A program made the translations under genes and the position numbers. 64,000 nucleotides of DNA from Lishizhenia tianjinensis. GTDB lineage: Bacteria; Bacteroidota; Bacteroidia; Flavobacteriales_D; Crocinitomicaceae. The stretch spans positions 14,029-78,028 of the forward strand of contig CAMDLY010000003.1 in assembly GCA_945902115.1 (NCBI GenBank). The letters run 5' to 3'. Below the pieces are notes generated by a model. That model saw only the letters and a program-made list of their open reading frames with translations. It was not told the DNA's origin and searched no databases. Positions within the stretch are counted from its first letter, which is position 1. Every line of letters starts with the position of its first letter. Below, in pieces: positions 1 through 9,369 of this stretch.

Positions 1-35
1 ATTTATTTAATTTATATTTTACTATTCTACATGAA

Positions 36-557
36 TCAAATTTCCTTCAAGTAATCTTCTAAGGTTTTCATTGGTTTTGAAATCGCTACTCTACCTGATT
101 TAGCAAATTCAAGTACACCGAAAGCCTTTAAATCAGCAAATAGCGCATTTATGTCCTCGGGTCTACCTGTTTTTTCAATGGTCGTAAATTCAGTACTTAA
201 GGACAATATTCTTGCGTTGTGCTGCCTCAGTATTCGTTCGATTTCCTCGCCTTTGTCTAAATTGGTAGGCAGCTTGTACAAAGCCAATTCTTGGTATACT
301 ACTTCTGCATCTGCATGATAAAACGCTTTTAATACATCTACTTGTTTCTCAATTTGATTGACCACTTTGATAACTTGCTCCAAGGAGGTATTCACAACAA
401 TCGTATACCGATAAACTCCAGATATTTCGCACTCAGAGGCTGTAATGCTCTCTATATTCAAGTGTCTCCGCGTGAAAATAATGGTGATACGATTCAATAT
501 CCCAATACTATTTTCTGTAAATAGTGATATGTTATACGTTTGCTCCATGTCGTTCAC
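36..557 (-). CDS. ilvN: acetolactate synthase small (regulatory) subunit
   Basis: 173 aa with an ACT-domain-like N-terminus (NISLFTENSIGILNRITIIFTRRHLNIES). It lies directly downstream of ilvB and overlaps it. Confidence 0.85.
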   Translation of the reverse strand: MNDMEQTYNISLFTENSIGILNRITIIFTRRHLNIESITASECEISGVYRYTIVVNTSLEQVIKVVNQIEKQVDVLKAFYHADAEVVYQELALYKLPTNLDKGEEIERILRQHNARILSLSTEFTTIEKTGRPEDINALFADLKAFGVLEFAKSGRVAISKPMKTLEDYLKEI

Positions 558-2247
558 TTAAAATGATTTCTGATACCGAGGCTCCTGTTGGCAACATAGG
601 AAAAACGTTTTCCTCTTGTTCCACCATAACCTCCAATAAATAACTTTCTTTGCTAGCTAACAAGGTGTTTACCCCATCTTTTAGTTCATCGCGTTGGGTG
701 ACTTTGTGGCCTTTGATGCTATAACCTTCAGCGATCTTTAGGAAATTTGGATTTTTGATATCCGTGAATGAATAGCGCTTGTCAAAAAACAATTGCTGCC
801 ATTGGCGAACCATTCCCAAAAAGTTGTTGTTTAGAATGACAATTTTAACGGCTATTTCCGCTTGTAAGATCGTCCCTAATTCTTGAATGGTCATTTGAAA
901 TCCACCGTCTCCAATAATCGCAATTACTTCTTTTTGTGGCATTCCCAGTTTCGCTCCAATGGCTGCAGGCAATGCAAAACCCATGGTACCGAGTCCTCCA
1001 GAAGTGATATTAGAATTAGGTAACTGATACTTGAAGTACCTAGATGTAATCATCTGATGCTGACCAACATCAGTAACAATAATCGCATCACCTTTTGTAG
1101 TTTCTGAAATTAAATGAACCACCTCAGACATTTTCAATTCGTGTCCTTTTGGGTTCACGGCATCCAAGATAACTTCGTGCACTTCCTCTTGCTCCAACTT
1201 TCTAAATGCTTGCAGCCAGTTTTCGTGTGATTTTTGTAGAATCAAGTTTGACATAAAATGAAGAGCTTCCTTTGCATCCGCATGAATTGCCAAATCGGTT
1301 TTTACAATTTTATTCAATTCTGCCTTGTCTATATCAATGTGTATGATCGTGGCTTGTTTGGCATAGCGAGAAACATCTCCTGTTACCCGGTCATCGAAGC
1401 GCATTCCAATGGCGATAAGCACATCGCATTCATTTGTCAATATATTCGGGGCATAATTTCCGTGCATGCCTAAGTAACCGACATATTTTGGATGATCGGC
1501 AGGAAATGCACCTAATCCCAATAAGGTAGAAGCAACAGGAATTCCTGATTTTTCGACAAATGCTAGTAATTCGTTCTCTGCTTCTGCCAGCAAGATACCT
1601 TGACCAATCAATAGGTAAGGTCTTTCAGCTTGATTGATTAATTCTACGGCTTTCTCCAGTAGAGCGAAATCAGTTTTTGGATGAGGCACATAACTTCTTA
1701 CGGAAGAACATTTCTCGTAATAAAAATCCAATTTCCCGAATTGAGCGTCCTTTGTTATATCAACTAACACGGGTCCTGGTCTACCTGTTGAGGCAATATA
1801 AAATGCTCTGGCAAGCGCCGCTGGAATATCCGCAGCTTTCGTTACTTGAATATTCCATTTGGTAACAGGCATGGAAATACCAATCACATCTGTTTCTTGA
1901 AAAGCATCAGTCCCAAGCAAATGAGAGGCTACTTGTCCTGTAATACAAACAACAGGGGTAGAATCAATCAAGGCATCAGCCAATCCAGTAATCAAATTTG
2001 TTGCACCCGGTCCGGAAGTCGCGAAAACGACACCCGTTTTTCCACAGGCCCTTGCGAATCCTTGCGCCGCATGAATTGCTCCTTGTTCGTGTCGCACCAA
2101 AATATGATTGACATCCTCCTTAAAATCATATAGTGCATCGTAAATGGGCATAATCGCTCCACCGGGATAACCAAAAATTGTCGTTACGTTTTCCGCTAGT
2201 AACGAACGAATAACTGCTTCAGCGCCTGAAATTGGTAAATTGCTCAT
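532..2247 (-). CDS. ilvB: acetolactate synthase large subunit (ThDP-dependent)
   Basis: 571 aa with the ThDP-binding motif IIGDGGFQMTIQELGT. It sits in ilv operon context. Confidence 0.92.
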   Translation of the reverse strand: MSNLPISGAEAVIRSLLAENVTTIFGYPGGAIMPIYDALYDFKEDVNHILVRHEQGAIHAAQGFARACGKTGVVFATSGPGATNLITGLADALIDSTPVVCITGQVASHLLGTDAFQETDVIGISMPVTKWNIQVTKAADIPAALARAFYIASTGRPGPVLVDITKDAQFGKLDFYYEKCSSVRSYVPHPKTDFALLEKAVELINQAERPYLLIGQGILLAEAENELLAFVEKSGIPVASTLLGLGAFPADHPKYVGYLGMHGNYAPNILTNECDVLIAIGMRFDDRVTGDVSRYAKQATIIHIDIDKAELNKIVKTDLAIHADAKEALHFMSNLILQKSHENWLQAFRKLEQEEVHEVILDAVNPKGHELKMSEVVHLISETTKGDAIIVTDVGQHQMITSRYFKYQLPNSNITSGGLGTMGFALPAAIGAKLGMPQKEVIAIIGDGGFQMTIQELGTILQAEIAVKIVILNNNFLGMVRQWQQLFFDKRYSFTDIKNPNFLKIAEGYSIKGHKVTQRDELKDGVNTLLASKESYLLEVMVEQEENVFPMLPTGASVSEIILSERHGANV

Positions 2248-2253
2248 ACTTCT

Positions 2254-3927
2254 TTATAAATCGGTTATACATCCCAAGGATGCGCACGAAACATGTTTCG
2301 CATATTTGTATAAAACTCCTGATGAAACTTTCAGCTTGGGTTGTTTCCACTCCTCTTTCCGCTCTTTCAACTGAGCTTCACTAACTTCTAGAATCAATTT
2401 ATTTTCAAGGGCATCAATGGTAATCATATCACCGTCCTTTACTAAGGCAATTGTACCGCCATCGTATGCCTCCGGTGAAATGTGACCAACAACAAACCCG
2501 TGTGTTCCCCCCGAAAAACGCCCGTCTGTTATCAAGGCCACAGAAGAACCCAATCCTGCTCCGATGATGGCAGAGGTAGGCTTTAACATTTCAGGCATTC
2601 CTGGTCCTCCTTTGGGGCCGCAATAACGAATCACGACAACATCACCTTCTTTTACTTTTCCTTTCGAAATACCTGCAATAACATCGAATTCATTATCGAA
2701 TACCACTGCTGGTCCTTGGAAAAACTCCCCTTCCTTACCTGTAATCTTTGCTACCGAACCTCGTTCAGCTAAGTTTCCAAAAAGTATTTGGATATGACCA
2801 GAATCTTTTAGTGGATGCTCAAGTGGAACAATTACCTTTTGCCCATCAATCAGCGAAGGAACCTCAGATAAGTTCTCAGCCAGTGTTTTTCCTGTCACAG
2901 ATAAGCAATCGCCGTGTAGTAGCTTCTTTTCCAATAAATACTTCATGACCGCGGGAGTTCCTCCTACGCGATGAACGTCTTCCATGAGGTATTTTCCGCT
3001 GGGCTTTAAATCAGCAAGCAAAGGAATACGGTTGCTTATATCTTGAAAATCTGCTAGTTTCAACTCTACTCCCACCGCATGTGCCATAGCCAATAAATGA
3101 AGCGTCGCATTCGTTGAGCCACCGAGAGCACAAAGAATTACCATGGCATTTTCAAAGGCTTTTCTCGTCATGATATCTCTCGGTTTGATATCTTTTTCCA
3201 ACAATAAGCGCATCGCACTTCCCGCGCGTAAACACTCTTGTTGTTTTTCTTCACTAGTAGCAGGATTCGAGGAACTATATGGTAAACTCATGCCCAATGC
3301 TTCAATGGTTGATGCCATGGTATTTGCGGTATACATTCCGCCGCAAGCCCCAGCTCCCGGACAGGCATTTTGTATAATTCCCTTGTAGTCTTCGTCGGAA
3401 ATAGTATTCGCCATTCGTTGTCCAAGCGCTTCGAAAGCAGAAACAATATTTAAATCTTGCCCCTTCCATTTTCCTGAATGAATAGTTCCTCCGTAAACCA
3501 TAATAGCAGGGCGATTTAATCTTCCCATGGCAATGACTGAACCTGGCATATTTTTATCGCAGCCCATCACAGCAATGATACCGTCGTACCATTGCGCACC
3601 TGCAACTGCTTCAATCGAATCAGCAATTATGTCCCGAGAAACTAACGAATAGCGCATTCCATCGGTTCCGTTTGAAATTCCGTCACTGACCCCAATCGTA
3701 TGAAAGGTAAGACCAACTAATTCAGCTGCTTGAACCCCCATTTTAACTGTTTTGGCCAGGTCATTCAAGTGCATATTGCACGTGTTTCCCTCGTAGCCAC
3801 TAGATACAATGCCCACTTGAGCTTTGCTCATATCCGCTTCAGAAAAACCAACACCGTAAAGCATCGCTTGTGCCGCTGGCTGTGTCTCGTCTTGCGTGAT
3901 GGTCTTACTGTATTTATTGAGTTTCAT
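2254..3927 (-). CDS. ilvD: dihydroxy-acid dehydratase
   Basis: 557 aa with the IlvD/Edd signature [10 protein letters not shown] and a C-terminal GRFSGGTHG motif. Confidence 0.95.
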   Translation of the reverse strand: MKLNKYSKTITQDETQPAAQAMLYGVGFSEADMSKAQVGIVSSGYEGNTCNMHLNDLAKTVKMGVQAAELVGLTFHTIGVSDGISNGTDGMRYSLVSRDIIADSIEAVAGAQWYDGIIAVMGCDKNMPGSVIAMGRLNRPAIMVYGGTIHSGKWKGQDLNIVSAFEALGQRMANTISDEDYKGIIQNACPGAGACGGMYTANTMASTIEALGMSLPYSSSNPATSEEKQQECLRAGSAMRLLLEKDIKPRDIMTRKAFENAMVILCALGGSTNATLHLLAMAHAVGVELKLADFQDISNRIPLLADLKPSGKYLMEDVHRVGGTPAVMKYLLEKKLLHGDCLSVTGKTLAENLSEVPSLIDGQKVIVPLEHPLKDSGHIQILFGNLAERGSVAKITGKEGEFFQGPAVVFDNEFDVIAGISKGKVKEGDVVVIRYCGPKGGPGMPEMLKPTSAIIGAGLGSSVALITDGRFSGGTHGFVVGHISPEAYDGGTIALVKDGDMITIDALENKLILEVSEAQLKERKEEWKQPKLKVSSGVLYKYAKHVSCASLGCITDL

Positions 3928-4823
3928 TATAAATAGACTTCTTTATACTCATTAAAAGCTACCCTTCTCTTGTATTTACGTTGAATGAGGTGACTGTTTG
4001 AATCTTCCCAATTCAACGGTAATATATAGTCGTTGAATTTGCCAATGCCAATTACTTCGGCTGCTGTCCCGCAGAAAAATGCGGCATCCGCTAAATATAT
4101 TTCTTCAGGTTTGAATAATCTTTCTTCAACCTCAATACCTAGTTCCTTAGCAATCTCAAATACGGTGGCACGAGTGATTCCTGATAAGATATTACCGAGA
4201 GGAGGCGTGAATAATTTACCGTCTTTTTCATAAAAGAAATTTGCCCCCGGTCCTTCCGCGATAAATCCATTGATATCCGTCAAGAGTGCTTCATGATACC
4301 CGTTTTGCTTAGCCTCCGTCGTTGCTAAAATGCTGTTTGTATAGTGTCCCACGACTTTTGCTTGCACGTGGCAACTTTTGGGGTTAGGTCGTTGATACGA
4401 GGAAAGCATCACATGCAATAAGTTATCCCCTAGATATTTCCCCCATTCCCAAGCCATCATCACTAAATGCACTTCATTTGTTGGCGTAAGCGACATATTT
4501 GCCCCTAAATAAACCAAAGGACGTATGTATGCATCTTTCAATTTATTAATCTCTAACAATTCATAGGATAATCTTGTCAACTCATCTGCAGTCCAAGGAA
4601 AAGGCATGTACATTGATTCTGCGGAATATTTGAGACGTTCGTAATGTTCTTTAGCTTTGAAAATTCTCACGCCATCAGGTGTATCGTACGAACGAATTCC
4701 TTCAAAAACACCGCTACCGTAATGAAGTGTTTGGGAATATAAATCTGTTTGTGCCTCTTTCGCCGGGATAAACTTGCCGTCCAGGTAAACTTTAGAATCA
4801 GCATTGTAATACATACTTTCCAT
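3927..4823 (-). CDS. ilvE: branched-chain amino acid aminotransferase (class IV)
   Basis: 298 aa with the motif [10 protein letters not shown]. It is the first gene of the ilv operon, and its stop overlaps the ilvD start. Confidence 0.85.
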   Translation of the reverse strand: MESMYYNADSKVYLDGKFIPAKEAQTDLYSQTLHYGSGVFEGIRSYDTPDGVRIFKAKEHYERLKYSAESMYMPFPWTADELTRLSYELLEINKLKDAYIRPLVYLGANMSLTPTNEVHLVMMAWEWGKYLGDNLLHVMLSSYQRPNPKSCHVQAKVVGHYTNSILATTEAKQNGYHEALLTDINGFIAEGPGANFFYEKDGKLFTPPLGNILSGITRATVFEIAKELGIEVEERLFKPEEIYLADAAFFCGTAAEVIGIGKFNDYILPLNWEDSNSHLIQRKYKRRVAFNEYKEVYL

Positions 4824-4831
4824 GTTAGGTC

Positions 4832-4865
4832 AAAAAAAAAGCCTTTCTGTAAGGAGAAAGGCTTT
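4832..4865 (-). terminator. intrinsic terminator acting as the ilv attenuator
   Basis: The minus-strand RNA reads AAAGCCUUUCU-CCUUAC-AGAAAGGCUUU, an 11-bp stem, and runs into a U tract (nine T on the minus strand, three of them in the stem). The U tract ends 8 nt before the ilvE ATG (4823) and lies downstream of the leader ORF. Confidence 0.75.
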
Positions 4866-4888
4866 GAATTATTAGTTAAAACGCTTTC

Positions 4889-4945
4889 TCATCGGTCGCT
4901 TGGAACGATAATAATCACGCTGATAATGTTTTTTTGTTGTGTCAT
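4889..4945 (-). CDS. ilv operon leader peptide, 18 aa, MTQQKNIISVIIIVPSDR
   Basis: Hand translation of the minus strand gives ATG ACA CAA CAA AAA AAC ATT ATC AGC GTG ATT ATT ATC GTT CCA AGC GAC CGA TGA. Seven of eight consecutive codons are Ile or Val. The ORF lies between a TAACTTTG promoter box and the terminator. Confidence 0.7.
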   Translation of the reverse strand: MTQQKNIISVIIIVPSDR

Positions 4946-4960
4946 TTTGTAATAGTGGTG

Positions 4961-4968
4961 CAAAGTTA
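4961..4968 (-). promoter_or_regulatory. Bacteroidota -7 promoter box TAACTTTG for the ilv leader transcript
   Basis: Exact match to the TAnnTTTG consensus on the minus strand, 15 nt upstream of the leader ATG. Confidence 0.5.
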
Positions 4969-4999
4969 ATCCCCTTTGATTGAATATTCCAAATAAAAA

Positions 5000-6220
5000 T
5001 TAACTTTTCTTGAAATTAAAATGATCTTCTGCAGTTTTAACAATATGATTTGCAATGGATAAAGAGGCCGTTGCAGCTGGAGATGGGGCGTTTAGTACGT
5101 GTACGGCATTGCCATGCAATTCTATTCTAAAATCGTCGCGTGTATCACCATTTTGAGACAATAATTGCGCCCTCACCCCTGCTCTTCCAGGAACAATGTC
5201 TTCCATTGTTAGCGACGGAATCATCTTTTGCAATGATTTCAAAAACAGTTTTTTAGAAAACGCCCGACGGTATTCATCTATTCCATATTTCATGTTTCCA
5301 AAAAACAATTTCCACGTACCTTGGTATGTCAGTGCATCCCAAGTATCTCTAAATGAGAAAGCGGTTTTGCTATACCCTTCTCTTTTGAATGAGAAAACGG
5401 CATTTGGACCACACTCGACACTTCCATCTGTCATCCGTGTAAAATGCACACCCAAAAATGGAAACGCTGGATCTGGCACTGGATAAATCAGGTTTTTAAC
5501 CTTGTGTTTCGCTTCTTCACTTAATTCGTAGTAGTCCCCTCGGAATGGAACCACTTTTTCTTTCAATTTAACTCCATCTTTTTTTGCTAAACGGTCGGCC
5601 TGTAAACCACCACAATACACAAAATAATTGGCAGAATAGTTACCTTTATTTGTAAATATTTCAGAAGATCCCTCTTTGTGTACGACACTATTAACTTCAT
5701 GATTTAAGAATAAACAACTGTTACTATTTATAGCTAAAGCTAGTTCTACCATCTTTTTTGTAGCTGCCACAAAGTCTATAATTCCCGTCACCGGAACGAA
5801 TAGACCACCAATACATTCTACAAAAGGTTCAATTTCTTTTACTTCCTGTGGAGTTAATTTTTTTATCCCTTCTATCTCATTTTCTACTGCATTTTTGTAA
5901 ATGTTTTCCATGCTGCCCAATTCAGATTCTTCGGTAGCGACGATTACTTTACCGCATATATCGTGAGCGATATTATGTTCTTTCACAAAAGATACAAGTT
6001 CGTGTCTTCCTTCAAAACAATTCTTTGCTTTTAAGGAACCTGGTTTGTAGTAAAGTCCTGAGTGTATAACTCCTGAATTATGACCTGTCTGATGACCTGC
6101 CAAATCAGTTTCTTTCTCAAATAATCCAATTCTAAGATTCGGATATTTTTTTTGGAATTTATAAAAAGTTGCGGCTCCTACTATCCCACCCCCTACAATC
6201 GCAAGATCGACATGCTCCAT
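5000..6220 (-). CDS. lhgO: FAD-dependent L-2-hydroxyglutarate oxidase-like protein
   Basis: 406 aa with an N-terminal dinucleotide-binding fold (DLAIVGGGIVGAAT). Length and layout match LhgO-type oxidases. Confidence 0.7.
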   Translation of the reverse strand: MEHVDLAIVGGGIVGAATFYKFQKKYPNLRIGLFEKETDLAGHQTGHNSGVIHSGLYYKPGSLKAKNCFEGRHELVSFVKEHNIAHDICGKVIVATEESELGSMENIYKNAVENEIEGIKKLTPQEVKEIEPFVECIGGLFVPVTGIIDFVAATKKMVELALAINSNSCLFLNHEVNSVVHKEGSSEIFTNKGNYSANYFVYCGGLQADRLAKKDGVKLKEKVVPFRGDYYELSEEAKHKVKNLIYPVPDPAFPFLGVHFTRMTDGSVECGPNAVFSFKREGYSKTAFSFRDTWDALTYQGTWKLFFGNMKYGIDEYRRAFSKKLFLKSLQKMIPSLTMEDIVPGRAGVRAQLLSQNGDTRDDFRIELHGNAVHVLNAPSPAATASLSIANHIVKTAEDHFNFKKS

Positions 6221-7902
6221 TACACCAATTTTCTGTATTTAATGCGCTTAGGACCTTGGTCACCCATTCGTTTTTTTCGATTTTCTTCGTATTCAGAATA
6301 AGAACCTTCAAACCAATAAACTTGAGAATCACCTTCAAACGCCAATATATGTGTACAAATCCGATCTAAGAACCACCTATCGTGAGAAATGACCACTGCA
6401 CAGCCTGCAAAGCTCTCAATTCCTTCCTCTAGTGCACGCAAAGTGTTTACGTCTATGTCATTCGTTGGTTCATCCAACAACAACACATTCGCTTCGGTCT
6501 TCAATGTCATGGCCAAGTGCAATCTATTTCTCTCACCTCCGGATAGTACTCCAACTTTCTTGTTTTGATCTGCTCCCATGAAATTAAACTTACTGAGGTA
6601 TGCGCGTGAAATTATTTTTTGATTGCCAATTTCAATATATTCGAGGCCGTTAGAAACCACATCAAAAACAGTTTTCTCTGGATGAATATCTTTGTGTGTT
6701 TGGTCTACGTATCCTATTTTCACAGTATCTCCAACCAAAAATTCCCCTTTATCTTGATTAAGTTCATTCATAATCATTTTGAAGATTGTTGTTTTACCAG
6801 CTCCATTAGGGCCAATCACCCCTACAATTCCGGCAGGAGGTAATTTAAAATTCAAGTCGTCATATAATAATTTATCACCAAATGCTTTCGCCACATTTAC
6901 TGCTTCGATCACATTTTGGCCTAGTCTCGGTCCATTAGGAATTGGAATTTCCAACTTAGCTTCTTTGTCTTTAGCGTCTTCTGCTAACAGTTTGTCGTAA
7001 TTCTGTAAACGCGCTTTACTTTTAGCCTGTCTCGCTTTAGGATTCATACGCACCCACTCCAACTCTCTCGCCAACATCTTTTGACGCTTCGACTCAGTTT
7101 TTTCCTCTTCTGAGAGGCGCTGACCCTTTTGCTCTAACCATGAGGAATAATTTCCTTTCCACGGAATACCTTCCCCTCTATCTAATTCAAGTATCCAACC
7201 CGCAACATTATCTAAGAAATAACGGTCGTGAGTAACTGCAATCACTGTTCCTTTGTACTGTTGTAAATGTTGCTCCAACCAATCTATTGATTCGGCATCC
7301 AAGTGGTTGGTAGGTTCATCTAGCAATAAAATATCAGGATTTTTCAATAGTAATCGGCAAAGCGCTACCCTTCTTTTTTCACCACCGGACAAAGTGGATA
7401 TTAACTGATCGTCTGGTGGACAGCGCAAAGCATCCATCGCTCTTTCTAGTTTACTATCCAATTCCCATGCATCGAGGGCATCAATTTTATCTTGTACCTC
7501 CCCTTGTCTCGCAATAAGTTTATCCATTTTATCGGGATCATTCAGCACATCTTCATCCATGAAAGCGGCATTAATTTCCTCGTATTCTTTGAGAATATCA
7601 ACAGTTTCCTGAACTCCCTCCATGACAACTTCCTTAACGGTTTTGGTCAACTCTAAATCAGGCTCTTGCGGTAAATAACCTACCGTATAACCGGCAGAAA
7701 AAACAACGTCACCCTGATAAGCTTGATCCAATCCTGCAATAATTTTCATCACTGTGGACTTTCCAGAACCATTTAAACCTATGATTCCGATTTTTGCGCC
7801 ATAAAAAAATGACAAATAAATATTCTTGATAATTTGTTTTCCTTGCGGGGTGGTTTTTGATACTCCCACCATGGAGAAAATGATTTTTTTGTCGTCTGAC
7901 AT
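6220..7902 (-). CDS. ettA: ABC-F protein, energy-dependent translational throttle EttA
   Basis: 560 aa with two ABC cassettes and no transmembrane domain. The cassette motifs are GLNGSGKST with LSGGEKRR, and GPNGAGKTT with LSGGERNR. Confidence 0.9.
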   Translation of the reverse strand: MSDDKKIIFSMVGVSKTTPQGKQIIKNIYLSFFYGAKIGIIGLNGSGKSTVMKIIAGLDQAYQGDVVFSAGYTVGYLPQEPDLELTKTVKEVVMEGVQETVDILKEYEEINAAFMDEDVLNDPDKMDKLIARQGEVQDKIDALDAWELDSKLERAMDALRCPPDDQLISTLSGGEKRRVALCRLLLKNPDILLLDEPTNHLDAESIDWLEQHLQQYKGTVIAVTHDRYFLDNVAGWILELDRGEGIPWKGNYSSWLEQKGQRLSEEEKTESKRQKMLARELEWVRMNPKARQAKSKARLQNYDKLLAEDAKDKEAKLEIPIPNGPRLGQNVIEAVNVAKAFGDKLLYDDLNFKLPPAGIVGVIGPNGAGKTTIFKMIMNELNQDKGEFLVGDTVKIGYVDQTHKDIHPEKTVFDVVSNGLEYIEIGNQKIISRAYLSKFNFMGADQNKKVGVLSGGERNRLHLAMTLKTEANVLLLDEPTNDIDVNTLRALEEGIESFAGCAVVISHDRWFLDRICTHILAFEGDSQVYWFEGSYSEYEENRKKRMGDQGPKRIKYRKLV

Positions 7903-7905
7903 AAC

Positions 7906-9318
7906 TTATTTTTTAGTTGTTGAACACTGAAAAGTTGATTTTGGCAGTGTTGTTTTTGCAATTGCATTGTAACCCCCTATCACATCTACCAACTGATGAT
8001 AACCTCTGGATTTTAGAATTGATGCTGCAATCATACTGCGATACCCCCCTGCACAATGCAATACAATCGGATTGTCTTTGGGGTAAGATGAGAAATTCTC
8101 ATTGATAAAATCTAAAGGTAAGGTTTGGGCTATTTCGAGGTGCTCGGCTTCAAACTCTCCCGGCTTTCGAACATCAATAATTGGCTGACTAAACCATTCT
8201 CTTTCATTTTCCAACTGCGCAGCCGTGATACGTTCTACTGAGGCGATTTCATTTCCTGCAGCACTCCAAGTGGCAAATCCTCCTTTAAGATAACCTAAAA
8301 CGTTGTCATACCCAACGCGTGCTAATCTTTTAACGGCCTCTTCTTCACGTCCAATTTCAGTAATGAGCAATATTGCTTGTTTTATATCCGAAATTAATGC
8401 TCCAACCCAGGGCGCAAACTGACCGTCTAAACCAATAAAAATACTATTTGGAATATGGCTATCCGCAAAATCTTGCGCACTCCTTGTATCTAAAATAAGT
8501 ACATCTTCACCAGATGCATGTTGTTCAAAGGCTTCAGTAGATAACGGATTCACTCCCCTTTTCATTACATCGTTGATCGAATCATAACCCGATTTATTCA
8601 ACATAACATTTTTTCCAAAATAGCTCGGAGGAGGTAGTAGCCCCTCGGTTAATTCTTTTATAAATTCCTCTTTTGACATGTCTTCTCTGAGTGCATAGTT
8701 GGATATCTTTTGCTCACCGATTGTTCCTGTAGTTTCTTTGGACATATTTTTTCCACACGCACTTCCTGCTCCATGAGCGGGATAGACCGTAACGTCATTA
8801 GGTAGAGTCATTAATTTTGTTCTGAGAGAGTCAAATAATAATCCTGCAAGGCCTTCCTGCGTCATCGAAGCGGCCTTTTGTACTAAGTCGGGTCTACCAA
8901 CATCACCGATAAACAAAGTGTCTCCCGTGAAAACTGCTGCTTCTTTATTGTTTTCATCGAGTAATAAGTAACATGTCGATTCCATCGTGTGTCCGGGAGT
9001 GTGTAAAACTTTTATCGTCAAATCTCCGACGTGTAAAAGTTCTCCATCTAAAGCGGAGTGATACGAATAGTTCGTTGCCGCATTTGGACCGAATACGATT
9101 GTTGCGCCAGTTGCTTTTGAAAGATCGAGGTGACCAGAAACAAAATCCGCATGGAAATGGGTTTCTAAGATATATTTGATTTTAACTCCATCCCGCGCTG
9201 CTCTTTCCAAGTAAGGTTGCGTTTCACGCAAGGGGTCAATAATAACAGCTTCTCCGTTGGAGTGGATGTAATATGCTCCTTGTGCTAAACATCCCGTATA
9301 AATTTGTTCTATAAACAT
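7906..9318 (-). CDS. MBL-fold hydrolase fused to rhodanese domains (persulfide dioxygenase-like)
   Basis: 470 aa with the metallo-beta-lactamase motif THFHADFVSGH. The C-terminal rhodanese active-site loop is HCAGGYRS. Confidence 0.8.
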   Translation of the reverse strand: MFIEQIYTGCLAQGAYYIHSNGEAVIIDPLRETQPYLERAARDGVKIKYILETHFHADFVSGHLDLSKATGATIVFGPNAATNYSYHSALDGELLHVGDLTIKVLHTPGHTMESTCYLLLDENNKEAAVFTGDTLFIGDVGRPDLVQKAASMTQEGLAGLLFDSLRTKLMTLPNDVTVYPAHGAGSACGKNMSKETTGTIGEQKISNYALREDMSKEEFIKELTEGLLPPPSYFGKNVMLNKSGYDSINDVMKRGVNPLSTEAFEQHASGEDVLILDTRSAQDFADSHIPNSIFIGLDGQFAPWVGALISDIKQAILLITEIGREEEAVKRLARVGYDNVLGYLKGGFATWSAAGNEIASVERITAAQLENEREWFSQPIIDVRKPGEFEAEHLEIAQTLPLDFINENFSSYPKDNPIVLHCAGGYRSMIAASILKSRGYHQLVDVIGGYNAIAKTTLPKSTFQCSTTKK

Positions 9319-9339
9319 ATTAGATAATACTATTGACTA

Positions 9340-9347
9340 CAAAATTA
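9340..9347 (-). promoter_or_regulatory. -7 promoter box TAATTTTG
   Basis: Exact TAnnTTTG match on the minus strand, 21 nt upstream of the ATG at 9318. Confidence 0.45.
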
Positions 9348-9369
9348 ATCCTTTATGGTTGTTAAAAGA

